Source: Bacteriovoracaceae bacterium
GTDB taxonomy: Bacteria > Bdellovibrionota > Bacteriovoracia > Bacteriovoracales > Bacteriovoracaceae
DNA length: 31,974 nucleotides
Assembly: GCA_049599895.1 (NCBI GenBank)
Contig: JBMYPC010000019.1
Location: 1 to 31,974 of the forward strand
Direction: 5' to 3'
A program made the translations under genes and the position numbers. The notes beneath the pieces were generated by a model. The model did not search any database and was not told where the DNA came from. It saw only the letters and a list, made by a program, of their open reading frames with translations. Below are positions 16,780 through 26,504 of the stretch, piece by piece; within the stretch, counting starts at the first letter, position 1, and every line of letters starts with the position of its first letter.

Positions 16780-19134
16780 TTAAGATCCGCAGGCGATGCA
16801 ATCTTCAGGGTTGTCGATTGAGCAGACCATGGTCTCTCTTTCAGCAACTTGGTCAATTTGGCCTTTAGATTCATTTTTAACTGTGAACTGGACAGCATTT
16901 ACGGCTGCTCTTGTTCTGAGATAGTACATTCCGGTTTTAAGACCAGCTTTCCAAGCATAAAAGTGCATTGAGCTGAGTTTTCCAAAGTTTGGCTCTTGCA
17001 TGTGGACGTTCATGCTTTGCCCTTGGCAGATATAAGGTCCTCTTCCTTTGGCCATCTCAATGATAACTTTTTGGCTGATCTCCCACACTGTTTTGTAAAG
17101 CTTTTTCAAATCCTCAGGTATACCATTAACATTTTGGATTGAACCATTGTTGGCAATGATTTGATTTCTGAGTTCATCAGTCCAAAGATTTGCATCAATT
17201 AAGTCTTGGACCAGGTATTTGTTAACGACAGCAAATTCTCCAGAAAGAACTCTTCTGACATAAATGTTTGATGTAATGGGCTCAAAACATTCATTATTTC
17301 CAAGAATTTGTGAAGTTGAAGCTGTTGGCATTGGAGCAACAAGAAGACTGTTTCTCACACCGTGCTTAGCAACTTTCTTCTTAAGCTCATCCCAGTCCCA
17401 AAGTTCTCCATCGGGTTTAACTCCCCAAAGGTCGAACTGAAAGAGTCCCTGGCTCATTGGTGAGCCTTCATAGGTTTCATAAGTTCCTTGCTCTTTCGCT
17501 AGATCACATGAAGCAGTCATAGCGGCAAAGTAAATTGTTTCAAAGATCTTTGAGTTAAGTTCTAGGGCTTCCTTAGAATCAAAGGCATATCTCATCAAAA
17601 AGAAAGTATCTGCTAGACCTTGAACGCCAAGTCCAATTGGTCTGTGTCTCATATTTGATCTTCTGGCCTCTGGAACAGGGTAGTAGTTGACGTCGATAAT
17701 CCTATTAAGGTTAAGAGTCATTCGATAAACTACATCATAGAGTTTTTGGTGGTCATACTTTCCATTTTCAACAAAGCGGTTAAGAGCGACTGAGGCCAGG
17801 TTACAAACAGCAACTTCATCAGGAGCAGTGTATTCCATGATCTCTGTACAGAGGTTTGATGATTTAATTGTCCCTAAGTTCTTTTGATTTGATTTTTCGT
17901 TGGCTGCATCTTTATAGAGCATGTAAGGAGAACCTGTTTCAATTTGCGATTCAAGTACGGCAAACCAAAGGTCTTGAGCTCGAATTGTCTTGATCGCTTT
18001 TCCTTCTTTTTCATATCTTGTATAGAGCGCTTCAAACTCAGCTCCATAACAGTCACTCATTCCTGGACATTCGTGTGGGCAAAAGAGTGACCATGTCTCG
18101 TCTTTTTCAACTCGACTCATAAAGAGATCAGATACCCAAAGAGCGTAGAAAAGATCTCTTGCTCTTGATTCTTCAGCACCTGTATTTTTTTTCATCTCAA
18201 GAAAGTCAAAGATATCTGCATGCCATGGCTCAAGATAAACAGCAAAACTTCCCTTTCTCTTACCACCACCTTGGTCAACATACCTTGCAGTATCGTTGAA
18301 AACCTTAAGCATGGGAACAATTCCGTTAGAAGTTCCATTGGTTCCCTTAATAAAGGAACCTTTGGCACGAATGTTGTGAATACTTAGGCCAATTCCACCA
18401 GCTGATTGGCTAATAAGGGCCGTTTGTTTGAGAGTGTCGTAGATTCCCTCAATACTATCGTCTTGCATCGTAAGAAGAAAACAGCTTGAAAGCTGAGGTT
18501 TGTTTGTCCCTGAGTTAAAAAGTGTTGGAGTTGCGTGAGTAAAGTATTTTTGACTCATTAACTCGTAAGTCTCAAGAGCAGCATCAAGATTATTGATATG
18601 GATACCAAGAGAAACTCTCATGAGCATTTGCCCTGGTCTTTCAACAATTTTACCATTCATCTTAAGAAGGTAACTTTTTTCAAGAGTCTTAAATCCAAAG
18701 TAGTCGTAGTTAAAGTCTCTTTTGTCGATGACTTTTTTATCAAGCATCTCTGCATTTCCCATAACAACTTCGTAAAGTTCTTTAGAAATAAGAGGTGCGC
18801 TTTCCCCTGTTTGCGGGTTGACGTAATGGTACATGGCCTTGATGTTTTCAGAAAAACATCCTTTAGTTTCCTTATGAAGGTTACTAACGGCAATTCTTCC
18901 CGCAAGAGTTGAAAAATGCGGGTGTTTTGTTGATAAATAAGCAGCTGTCTCTGCCGCAAGCTGATCAAGTTCAGTTGTACTGATATTATCATAGATGCCT
19001 TCAATGACCTTTTGAGTAACGATCATTGGGTCTACATGATTGCGATCAAGATCAAAGCAAAGGGCTTCAATTCTCTCCGTGATCTTATCAAACTTTACAG
19101 GTTCTTTTTCTCCACCTCTTGTGATGACGTACAT
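16780..19134 (-). CDS. nrdA: Class Ia ribonucleotide reductase alpha subunit (eukaryote-like subclass) with ATP cone
   Basis: V.TRGG…FDKI ATP cone; [40 protein letters not shown]-terminal CIAC. Confidence 0.97.
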   Translation of the reverse strand: MYVITRGGEKEPVKFDKITERIEALCFDLDRNHVDPMIVTQKVIEGIYDNISTTELDQLAAETAAYLSTKHPHFSTLAGRIAVSNLHKETKGCFSENIKAMYHYVNPQTGESAPLISKELYEVVMGNAEMLDKKVIDKRDFNYDYFGFKTLEKSYLLKMNGKIVERPGQMLMRVSLGIHINNLDAALETYELMSQKYFTHATPTLFNSGTNKPQLSSCFLLTMQDDSIEGIYDTLKQTALISQSAGGIGLSIHNIRAKGSFIKGTNGTSNGIVPMLKVFNDTARYVDQGGGKRKGSFAVYLEPWHADIFDFLEMKKNTGAEESRARDLFYALWVSDLFMSRVEKDETWSLFCPHECPGMSDCYGAEFEALYTRYEKEGKAIKTIRAQDLWFAVLESQIETGSPYMLYKDAANEKSNQKNLGTIKSSNLCTEIMEYTAPDEVAVCNLASVALNRFVENGKYDHQKLYDVVYRMTLNLNRIIDVNYYPVPEARRSNMRHRPIGLGVQGLADTFFLMRYAFDSKEALELNSKIFETIYFAAMTASCDLAKEQGTYETYEGSPMSQGLFQFDLWGVKPDGELWDWDELKKKVAKHGVRNSLLVAPMPTASTSQILGNNECFEPITSNIYVRRVLSGEFAVVNKYLVQDLIDANLWTDELRNQIIANNGSIQNVNGIPEDLKKLYKTVWEISQKVIIEMAKGRGPYICQGQSMNVHMQEPNFGKLSSMHFYAWKAGLKTGMYYLRTRAAVNAVQFTVKNESKGQIDQVAERETMVCSIDNPEDCIACGS

Positions 19135-19136
19135 AA

Positions 19137-20147
19137 TTAAAACTCCGCGTCTAATGTAAATGTGTTTTGTCCCTTGTCTGACATAACACCTGATTTCTGA
19201 TATTCAGAAACTCTTTTTTCAAAGAAGTTTGTTTTCCCTTCAAGACTAATAAGCTCCATCCAATCAAAAGGATTAGCGGTTTCGAAATGCTTCGGACACC
19301 CGAGCTGATCAAGCCAGTGGTCGGCGACAAATTCAATATATTGAGTCATAAGATCTGAGTTCATTCCTATAAGACTTACAGGGAGTGCCTCAGTAATGAA
19401 TTCTTTTTCAATTTCAACAGCTTCAAGGATGATTTGCTTGATTTCTTCTGTGTCGAGTTGGTTTTCTTTTATAAGGTGACTATGAATGAGACAAGCAAAC
19501 TCACAGTGTAGGCCTTCATCACGAGAGATAAACTCATTTGACGTACAGAGACCTGGCATTAAGCCACGCTTTTTAAGCCAAAAGATTGCGCAAAAAGAAC
19601 CTGAAAAGAAGATTCCTTCAATTGCCGCAAAAGCAACCAAACGATGAGCAAAGCTCTTGTCTGATTGAATCCATTTAAGGGCCCAATTGGCTTTTTTAGA
19701 AACACAAGGAAGTTCATCAATAGCGTTAAAGTGCTTTTGTTTTTCTACAGGGTCTTTGATGTAGGTATCGATTAAAAGACTATAAGTCTCGCTGTGGATG
19801 TTTTCCATGGCAATTTGAAAACCATAAAAACAACGAGCTTCAGGTACTTGAACATCGTTATAAAATCTTAGAGCGAGGTTCTCATTAACGATTCCATCAC
19901 TTGCCGCAAAAAAGGCGAGAACATGGGAGATGAAATGTCTCTCGTTATCGTTAAGTTTTTCCCAATCTGCTAAGTCGGGCATGAGATCAATTTCTTCTGC
20001 GGTCCAGAAAACTGCCATATGCTTTTTATACATTTCCCACACATCTTGATATTGGATGGGGAAGAGGACGAATCGGTCGCTAGAAGGAGCGAGGATAGGG
20101 TCTAGATTAGCTTCAGGGCTCGTTTCGCTTGTAGGTGTAGGTTTCAT
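19137..20147 (-). CDS. nrdB: Class Ia ribonucleotide reductase beta subunit
   Basis: [21 protein letters not shown] (radical Tyr), EGIFF, DEGLH, NFFE..V.EY; TAAGGAG SD at 20160-20154. Confidence 0.97.
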   Translation of the reverse strand: MKPTPTSETSPEANLDPILAPSSDRFVLFPIQYQDVWEMYKKHMAVFWTAEEIDLMPDLADWEKLNDNERHFISHVLAFFAASDGIVNENLALRFYNDVQVPEARCFYGFQIAMENIHSETYSLLIDTYIKDPVEKQKHFNAIDELPCVSKKANWALKWIQSDKSFAHRLVAFAAIEGIFFSGSFCAIFWLKKRGLMPGLCTSNEFISRDEGLHCEFACLIHSHLIKENQLDTEEIKQIILEAVEIEKEFITEALPVSLIGMNSDLMTQYIEFVADHWLDQLGCPKHFETANPFDWMELISLEGKTNFFEKRVSEYQKSGVMSDKGQNTFTLDAEF

Positions 20148-20160
20148 CTGATTCTCCTTA

Positions 20161-20340
20161 ATCGTTAGATCGAGAGTATCGTTGGTCGCACTTAGAAGAG
20201 TAGACGTACTAGTCTCGGCAGATTATTCAATCTGTTCATTAGAGATGCGGCGTGCTACAGCTTCAACTTGTGTGTTAAAAAAAGTTGGATATCTCGTGAG
20301 CTATCCAAAATACGACCAACGATGTTTTTGAGTCTCTCTA
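20161..20340 (-). ncRNA. Candidate structured cis-regulatory leader RNA of nrdBA
   Basis: Long-range 13-bp helix (20323-20311 with 20190-20178), outer GAGAG/CTCTC helix and several internal hairpins; the element runs from the predicted TSS to the SD. Confidence 0.55.
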
Positions 20341-20346
20341 GAAATC

Positions 20347-20374
20347 AAGATAGCAAATCTTTCTTGTTTGCCAA
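20347..20374 (-). promoter_or_regulatory. Candidate sigma70 promoter of nrdBA
   Basis: TTGGCA-N16-TATCTT with extended -10 (TGc); predicted TSS ~20340. Confidence 0.5.
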
Positions 20375-20566
20375 GAAAAAATTCTCTCAATATTTTGTCA
20401 CAACCGAAGAATATGCGAAAAAATAAAATGTGAGAAGATTTATCGAAAATCATTATTCTATTGAAATTTAAAGGGAAAAAACCTGTTTGAAAATGTAAGA
20501 ATGAGTGACAAGGAAATCATAAATTTCCTTACACAGGGAAAAAAAAGTTAAATTTCTCGCTTTGGG

Positions 20567-20615
20567 CCACAAGATGTAGTGGTGCCGTTGCAGTTCTTGG
20601 CCCTAGATATTGTGT
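20567..20615. promoter_or_regulatory. Tandem NrdR boxes
   Basis: ccaCaAgATgTaGtgg (20567-20582) and gccCtAgATaTtGtgt (20600-20615) match acaCwAtATaTwGtgt; they are 33 bp apart and upstream of nrdBA. Confidence 0.8.
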
Positions 20616-20684
20616 TGTGAGGGAAAAGTTGACCGTGGGAAAAGACAATTCATGAAACTAAGCTTTTCTTAGGTGAGAGATGCT

Positions 20685-21623
20685 CTAGGCAGAGATTTTT
20701 AGCTTATCGACAGGGCTATTTTTTAATTCGACCCTTCTTTTGTCATATATTTGAGTTGTCGTAACAGAAGCGTGGCCAACTTCATGAGAAACGCTAAAAA
20801 GATCAACTCCAATTTCAAGTAAATGAGTGATGAAAGTTGCTCGAGCAGAGTGAGGAGTGACTCTGCCTAGAGAGAGCTTTTTTGCGTAGCTTGAGATGAT
20901 CTCGTTTATGGTTTTAGGATTGAGGGGTTTGTTGAGATAGTCAGGGTCAGAAGGGTTTCGACTAGGTTGGAAAAGCCAGTCTTCAAGACCAAATTCTCGT
21001 TCATTTTCATTCATCCAGCTTTTATAATTTTCAAAAGCCTCCATAAAAAGAGGAGTCAGCCTCTTTATCCCGCGCTTACCACCTTTTGCCTCATATTCGA
21101 GAACCCAAAAATCAGCATGTTTTTGAATGTCTTTAACTTTCCTAAAAAGAATCTCGCTTTTTCTTAGTCCGGTGGAAAAGAAGGCAACTAAAAGAAAGTA
21201 ATGAAGAGGTCCTGAAGTTTTATTGGCCTTTGCAAGCCTGAGAATACTGTTTACGTGTTCAATTTGGAGCGCTTGTGTAGGTTTCTTTGCGGTTGGTTTT
21301 GGCCTTTTCAAAGTGGCCACCGGATTGTGTTCAAGCTCCGACTTTGAAATGAGAAACTTAAAGAGGCTTGAGAGAGAAGCTAGTTTTCGTGAGATTGTTT
21401 TATTACAGGCTTTATCGCCTTTAGGGCCACCAATCTCCATAAGATTGTTTCGGTAGTGAAGGACATGATCAATTGAGATCTCTTTGAAGGTCTGGACCTT
21501 GGGATAGTTTTTCATTAAGAAGATAAAAAACTGAGTAATGTCTCGTCGATAGTTTGATCTTGTGTGATGACTTGTAAAATTGAGAAAGAAAATTTCTGGG
21601 ATTTCCCAAACACCTATATCCAT
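20685..21623 (-). CDS. XerC/XerD-like tyrosine recombinase
   Basis: N-terminal SAM-like domain (T..NYRRDI..F; TISRKLASLSSLFKFL); catalytic TGLRKSE, K, HSAR, GH and TTQIY. Confidence 0.92.
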   Translation of the reverse strand: MDIGVWEIPEIFFLNFTSHHTRSNYRRDITQFFIFLMKNYPKVQTFKEISIDHVLHYRNNLMEIGGPKGDKACNKTISRKLASLSSLFKFLISKSELEHNPVATLKRPKPTAKKPTQALQIEHVNSILRLAKANKTSGPLHYFLLVAFFSTGLRKSEILFRKVKDIQKHADFWVLEYEAKGGKRGIKRLTPLFMEAFENYKSWMNENEREFGLEDWLFQPSRNPSDPDYLNKPLNPKTINEIISSYAKKLSLGRVTPHSARATFITHLLEIGVDLFSVSHEVGHASVTTTQIYDKRRVELKNSPVDKLKISA

Positions 21624-21646
21624 ATTTCTATTATAAGTGTTTGGGA
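21604..21646. repeat. 15-bp inverted repeat (14/15) straddling the recombinase start codon and -10 box
   Basis: TCCCAAACAC-C-TATA (21604-21618), 13-bp spacer, TATA-A-GTGTTTGGGA (21632-21646). Confidence 0.8.
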
Positions 21647-21687
21647 GTTTCTTTAAATGAAAGAGTAAATTATGCCAGTTTTCTAAA

Positions 21688-22821
21688 CTAGGCCGTCTGA
21701 GAGGCCATATCGTAAGTTTGATACCAGCTTTTAATATTGCTTTTTAATTGCTCACTGAGTTCATCAATTTTTAACTTAATAGATTTGATATCGTCAGCTG
21801 CAATACTACCAGATTCAACAGATTTCAGCTCTTGAGTTTTCTCTGAAAGACTTCGGTGAAGGGAGATAATCTTCTCTTTAAGAGAGTCAAGTGATTCAAC
21901 GAGACTCTCTTTTTCTTCGCTAAGATCTGTTTGAGAAGATCTAAGCTTTTCTGTCAAAACTTGCATTTTTGCGGCTTCAATTTTGGCTTCAGGAATTCTT
22001 TTTAAACCCCATGTGAAGCCAATTTTACTAAGAGAAAAGATGAGCCACTTGGTTGGATCGTACTGCCACCATCTAAGACCATTTCTATAATCAGTTTGAA
22101 ATTCATGGTGATAGTTGTGATAGCCTTCGCCAAATGTAAAAAGCGAAATAAGGCCATTGTCACGAGCGGTTTGAATTCTACTGTAAGGCCTATTCCCCCA
22201 CATATGACAAAGAGAATTAATGAAAAAAGTAAAGTGGTGAACAAGGACAATTCGGGCCATTGCAATGAGAGCAAATCCTCCTAGGTATGAACCGAGCATT
22301 CCGCCAATAAGAGTGGGAAGAACGATTCCAAAGCCAACTGCGATAGGAATATAGTATTTATGCTGCCAAAGAACGAGAGGGTCTTTTCCTAGGTCTTTAA
22401 TATAACTGTGAGAGTTCTTTTTTTCTTTAAGTAAGATCCAGCCCATATGAGCGTAAAAGAAACCTTCTGTTATAGTGTAGGGGTCGTCATCTGAGTCGAC
22501 TTTATGGTGGTGGCGTCGGTGATCACTGGCCCATTTTAAAATCGAGTTTTGAAATGCGATTGCGCCGAAGATTGCTAGCAAAAAGCGCACGAGAGCATTG
22601 GCCTTGTAGGTCTTATGTGCGAAAAGTCGATGATATCCAGCTGTAATACCAAATCCCGATGCCCAATAAAAAAAGAAGGCAACCCAAAAGATCGGCCAAT
22701 TCCAGGCTTCTGTACTCAGGTAATAGGCGACACTGATGACCGCGATTAGAGGAGTAAGAAGGATAAATAGGGTATTAGGCCATTCAATATTTTTTGGATT
22801 GAAATATGTTGATGCTTTCAA
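21688..22821 (-). CDS. Delta-9 acyl-CoA/acyl-lipid desaturase with C-terminal coiled-coil extension
   Basis: His boxes HRLFAH, HRRHH and HNYHH; INSLCH; TM segments. Start placed at TTG 22821 (AAGGA SD 6 nt upstream) rather than 22866. Confidence 0.92.
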   Translation of the reverse strand: MKASTYFNPKNIEWPNTLFILLTPLIAVISVAYYLSTEAWNWPIFWVAFFFYWASGFGITAGYHRLFAHKTYKANALVRFLLAIFGAIAFQNSILKWASDHRRHHHKVDSDDDPYTITEGFFYAHMGWILLKEKKNSHSYIKDLGKDPLVLWQHKYYIPIAVGFGIVLPTLIGGMLGSYLGGFALIAMARIVLVHHFTFFINSLCHMWGNRPYSRIQTARDNGLISLFTFGEGYHNYHHEFQTDYRNGLRWWQYDPTKWLIFSLSKIGFTWGLKRIPEAKIEAAKMQVLTEKLRSSQTDLSEEKESLVESLDSLKEKIISLHRSLSEKTQELKSVESGSIAADDIKSIKLKIDELSEQLKSNIKSWYQTYDMASQTA

Positions 22822-23044
22822 GGGAGATCCTTTTTTGAAAAGTATTTTTAGGATTAAATCTATCAAGTGTTAGCCGAAAAGTGGTGTAAAACAATTGTAA
22901 AAGCTTTCCATCGGCTTAGAATTATTAGAGTTTTGTTATGAACCGACCATAAAAGTCGAAAAATCTGCCCTTTTTAGGGGAATCTTTTAATTTACAGAGA
23001 AAAACTTGTCAACTTCTCGATACTAATACTGAGAAGAGAAAAAA

Positions 23045-26000
23045 ATGAGTAAATTATTTTTAATTTTTAGTATTTCAATCACAACACTTCTGTTTTCAAG
23101 TCATGGGTTTTCTAAAACCAGGGCCTTGATTACAAATCCACCAAAATGGCTGAAAAACGTTTGTCAGGAAGGACAGGTTAGTCAACCGGATTGCCCCCTC
23201 CACCCTCACCAAGTGGTTTTTGGCAAAAGTCGTTTTAAAGCAAAACAAGGCGGTGGTTGGAAGGTCATGAACCCAGTTTCAGTACGACTGCAAAAAGTTG
23301 AAGGGGATAGTACTGAAGATCTTAAAGTGATTACAAACCTTAAGGGGACGAAGTCAAACTTACGATCAAGAATAACTAACTGGGTTCAAGAGTTTGAACA
23401 AGAAAATAGTAAGGCAATTATCTTAGAGCTTGAAAAGGCACAAAAGCTAACTGAAACCTCTACGAATCCCCCTGTGACAGACGCACAGTTATTGGAATGT
23501 CTGATAAAAGAAAAGATTGTTAAAGGAGATGGTGATGAAGTTCTCATCCATCAGTTTTCAAATGAGAAGCTTGGTGAAATTGAAGATGACATTGATCTTC
23601 AACGGCAAAGAGAAGAAGAATTTGAGAATACTTATGGCGCTGCAGAGGTTGACGAAAGTATTATCGACAGTATCTCAGAAGCAACATTAAACCTAGCTGA
23701 AATAGGGGAGGAGTATCTTGGTGATGAGCTTTTAAAGCAAGTACAAAGCCTGTTTCGTTTTGATGCGGATTTTGGCGGACTTAATCTCGATGTTCGAACA
23801 AAAAGACATATCTATAAGCATAATGAACCGACTCAAGAAGGAGGCCCATTAAAAGTCTATTATATTATTGATAGAGTCTCCGTAAAACTTGGAACAGAGT
23901 TTGATTTTTTACGGGCCTATATTTTGAAATACCCGGGGGGAGGCTTCTCTATTGGTCTTGATGGCTCCATTTATTTTGAACTTTCAGAAATTAGAAAGAT
24001 GAAGGCCCACGATGTCAGAGCGGGGGAAAGACTTGAGAACCTTCAAGAGAAGGCAAAGGAAATTAAAGAAAAAATAAAAAATCTTCTTTTGAGTCATAAA
24101 GAAGATTTCGATGTTGATCCCACAGCCGGAACTGAAGAGATCGATGGCAAACCAATCTTAAGCGGTGAAAATCAAGCAAAGTTATCAAAACTTCACCGCC
24201 TGGTCCTAGGAGCTGTTGAAGTGCCATTTAACTCTGAAATGGCAAAAAAGGTAAAACCTTTTCGAACAAAAAAACTTGGCACTACGGTAAGTGGTGGAGT
24301 GAACCTGCAATTGAGTTACGGTGAGTATCAGCCAGGCTCTCTTATTGCCAATGCTTATGTCTATATTGGAGGGAGAGTTTTTAAAGGTGCAAAACTTACG
24401 ACAACGGCAACACCAAGGCCGAGTAAAAATGATCCTACGAAAACTCGATACATGGACCTTAAAATTCGACTTGAGTCAAATCAGGGACATTCAATAAGAA
24501 TTGGAACGGAAGCAAGAACAACTGATCTTGCTGAAGAGTTGGTGGGTGTTGATCTTATTCCCATTCGATTTGGTTTTAGACCTTACGAGGCGAGACTGAG
24601 TAGCACTGATATTCAGGCCGTAGTTTATCATTATCGTTTTGATCTTGAGACTGAATCAGGGAGAGAAGCTTATGATAGAGCTTATCTTGGGAATTTTGAG
24701 TTTGCTGAAAAATTGAAGGGAAAAGGTGGAGTTGAGCTTATCGATATAAAGCTTGAGCTTGCCGAGCACGATCGTATGGAGAATAAGCAGACTTTAGTAT
24801 TTAATGCCTACAAAAAAAATAAGAGTGAAACAAGGGCCAATGAAATCATACACTTTAGTTCAATTGCAGATATGGACAAGGCCATAAAAGAGATGAAAGA
24901 AGCTGAGGATCTCAATGATCATAAAATGTATCCAAACTCTCGCATCTCTGGAACAACAATACCAGTTGATAATAAGTTAAAAGTCTTTAGAAATATTGAA
25001 GAGCAAAAGCGAAGTATTGGCTTTAGTCTTAATCTCGATGATCAAGGACAAGTGACTAATGAAAAGATGGACATCTCATTTAAGTTCCGTGACAAAGTCC
25101 TCAACAAAAGTGAGTACGCTGCCTTTGTTGGAGAAATTCAAGAAGTCTCTGAAGATGTTATGACCCAAGCAGGAATTCCGAAAAGAGTTCCAGAAAGTTT
25201 TAATAAGAAAAATGCCGAGATTGACCTAACGATGGCCTATAGTCTTACCAATGATCAATTTCAAAGAGCATTTTTAGATGCAGATGACGAAAAAATTAAG
25301 CAGATCATCGCCAATAGCTATGACATTGACCCTGAGTCGATTCGAAAAGATGGCGGTGTTTTGAACTTCCTAAGAAGAGTGACAAGTCAAACTGGTGCAG
25401 TTGTTCGAGAAGCCGGACAATTTCTAACAGGAGAGGAAAGTCATGACCTAGGGGGATATAAAGAGGCCCTCAATACCTATGAGCGTTGGAAGAGAATTCA
25501 GTCAACCGAGAACGGTCGCGAAAAAAGAGATCTTATTAATGATTTTTTTACAGACCACCCTCGAAGAAAACAAGATATTCTTCAACAAGCATTAGAGGGC
25601 GAGGATATTGATTTAGTGTTTTCGGGAAAAACTCCATTTGAAGATAAAGTTCAAGGGACAGCCAAGCTTAATACCACAGGTGAGTCTCACTTAAGAGACC
25701 TTGATGAACTTGGCGAAACCAGACAAGCATTAATCCGCGGTCCACGATCGCAGCATAGTTCTCGAACTTTTCAAAAGAAAAAAGAGCCACTTATTATTGA
25801 ATCAGACCTTCAAGTTTCTCATCTCGATGTTCAAAACGAAGTTGTTAAATCAGATGGCAAAAAAGATAAAACAAGCCCTGTTATCACAGTCTCGACAAGT
25901 AAAGAGCCAATGTTTGTGGCCGTGCAAGTGACAAAAAAGTCAGGTTGGTTTGGTTATAAGTCTTCTGAAACGTTTTATATTGATCGAAATGAGCTGGACT

Positions 26001-26185
26001 ATAGTGATGGAAATGTTTCGATTAAGCCTAATAAAGAAATGGAAAAGTGGCTTGATGGAAAACCTATCACGTACGTCAATGTTCAATACTCAGACGATGG
26101 TGAAAATTGGAGTAAGTCTTTTAGTAACCGTCCGAAAGTCGAGTCAAAAGCAATGAATCGTTTTAAGCCCCAAAGGCGTCGATAG
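23045..26185 (+). CDS. Large secreted hypothetical protein (1046 aa)
   Basis: Long ORF with an N-terminal signal peptide; no recognised catalytic motif; the middle is rich in Gly/aromatic beta-strand-like segments. Confidence 0.85.
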   Translation: MSKLFLIFSISITTLLFSSHGFSKTRALITNPPKWLKNVCQEGQVSQPDCPLHPHQVVFGKSRFKAKQGGGWKVMNPVSVRLQKVEGDSTEDLKVITNLKGTKSNLRSRITNWVQEFEQENSKAIILELEKAQKLTETSTNPPVTDAQLLECLIKEKIVKGDGDEVLIHQFSNEKLGEIEDDIDLQRQREEEFENTYGAAEVDESIIDSISEATLNLAEIGEEYLGDELLKQVQSLFRFDADFGGLNLDVRTKRHIYKHNEPTQEGGPLKVYYIIDRVSVKLGTEFDFLRAYILKYPGGGFSIGLDGSIYFELSEIRKMKAHDVRAGERLENLQEKAKEIKEKIKNLLLSHKEDFDVDPTAGTEEIDGKPILSGENQAKLSKLHRLVLGAVEVPFNSEMAKKVKPFRTKKLGTTVSGGVNLQLSYGEYQPGSLIANAYVYIGGRVFKGAKLTTTATPRPSKNDPTKTRYMDLKIRLESNQGHSIRIGTEARTTDLAEELVGVDLIPIRFGFRPYEARLSSTDIQAVVYHYRFDLETESGREAYDRAYLGNFEFAEKLKGKGGVELIDIKLELAEHDRMENKQTLVFNAYKKNKSETRANEIIHFSSIADMDKAIKEMKEAEDLNDHKMYPNSRISGTTIPVDNKLKVFRNIEEQKRSIGFSLNLDDQGQVTNEKMDISFKFRDKVLNKSEYAAFVGEIQEVSEDVMTQAGIPKRVPESFNKKNAEIDLTMAYSLTNDQFQRAFLDADDEKIKQIIANSYDIDPESIRKDGGVLNFLRRVTSQTGAVVREAGQFLTGEESHDLGGYKEALNTYERWKRIQSTENGREKRDLINDFFTDHPRRKQDILQQALEGEDIDLVFSGKTPFEDKVQGTAKLNTTGESHLRDLDELGETRQALIRGPRSQHSSRTFQKKKEPLIIESDLQVSHLDVQNEVVKSDGKKDKTSPVITVSTSKEPMFVAVQVTKKSGWFGYKSSETFYIDRNELDYSDGNVSIKPNKEMEKWLDGKPITYVNVQYSDDGENWSKSFSNRPKVESKAMNRFKPQRRR

Positions 26186-26504
26186 GTTGTAATAAACTAT
26201 ATAAAGCATGAGGCCATTATCGAACTCGTTATCAACGGCCAGAGGGCTAGCTTTTTTATGAAATCAGCGGCGGGATAGTAAAAAACAGTTTTCTACCTAT
26301 TATCATAAAGACTGTATCTAGGGTGAGTGCCAATGGGTGTCTCTTTTACTACTTCTACAAGAGTCCAGAATAAAAGCAAAATAAGAGAATCCACACAGGT
26401 GTAAGCTCCACTACAAAAGTTTTGAAGTTGTCAAAGAAACTCAAACGCAAAAAGATGGGTTTACTTTTAAAGGGTTCAATCCTTTAGATCGCTGATTTAG
26501 AAAA

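Noticed and set aside
20250..20283. dif site near the Xer-like gene (TGTGTTAAAA)
   Set aside because: It only partly resembles the XerD arm, and there is no XerC arm at 6-bp spacing.
20223..20300. Leader peptide in the nrdB UTR (…YPTFFNTQVEAVARRISNEQIE*)
   Set aside because: It has no start codon or SD after the preceding in-frame stop.
20161..20340. Retron msr-msd (a1/a2-like long-range inverted repeat) or cobalamin/purine riboswitch
   Set aside because: There is no reverse transcriptase in the window, and I could not find the B12-box or purine-aptamer core sequences.
20685..21623. Integrase marking a prophage or genomic island
   Set aside because: It is flanked by housekeeping nrdBA and a desaturase; no tRNA, att repeats or phage/plasmid genes are visible.
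22850..22945. sigma28-like GCCGA elements on both strands between the desaturase and the 1046-aa gene
   Set aside because: The -35 elements or spacing are imperfect and cannot be told apart from chance.
26186..26278. Stop-codon read-through extension of the 1046-aa gene (30 further open codons after TAG)
   Set aside because: The length is compatible with chance, and TAG behaves as a normal stop in other genes here.
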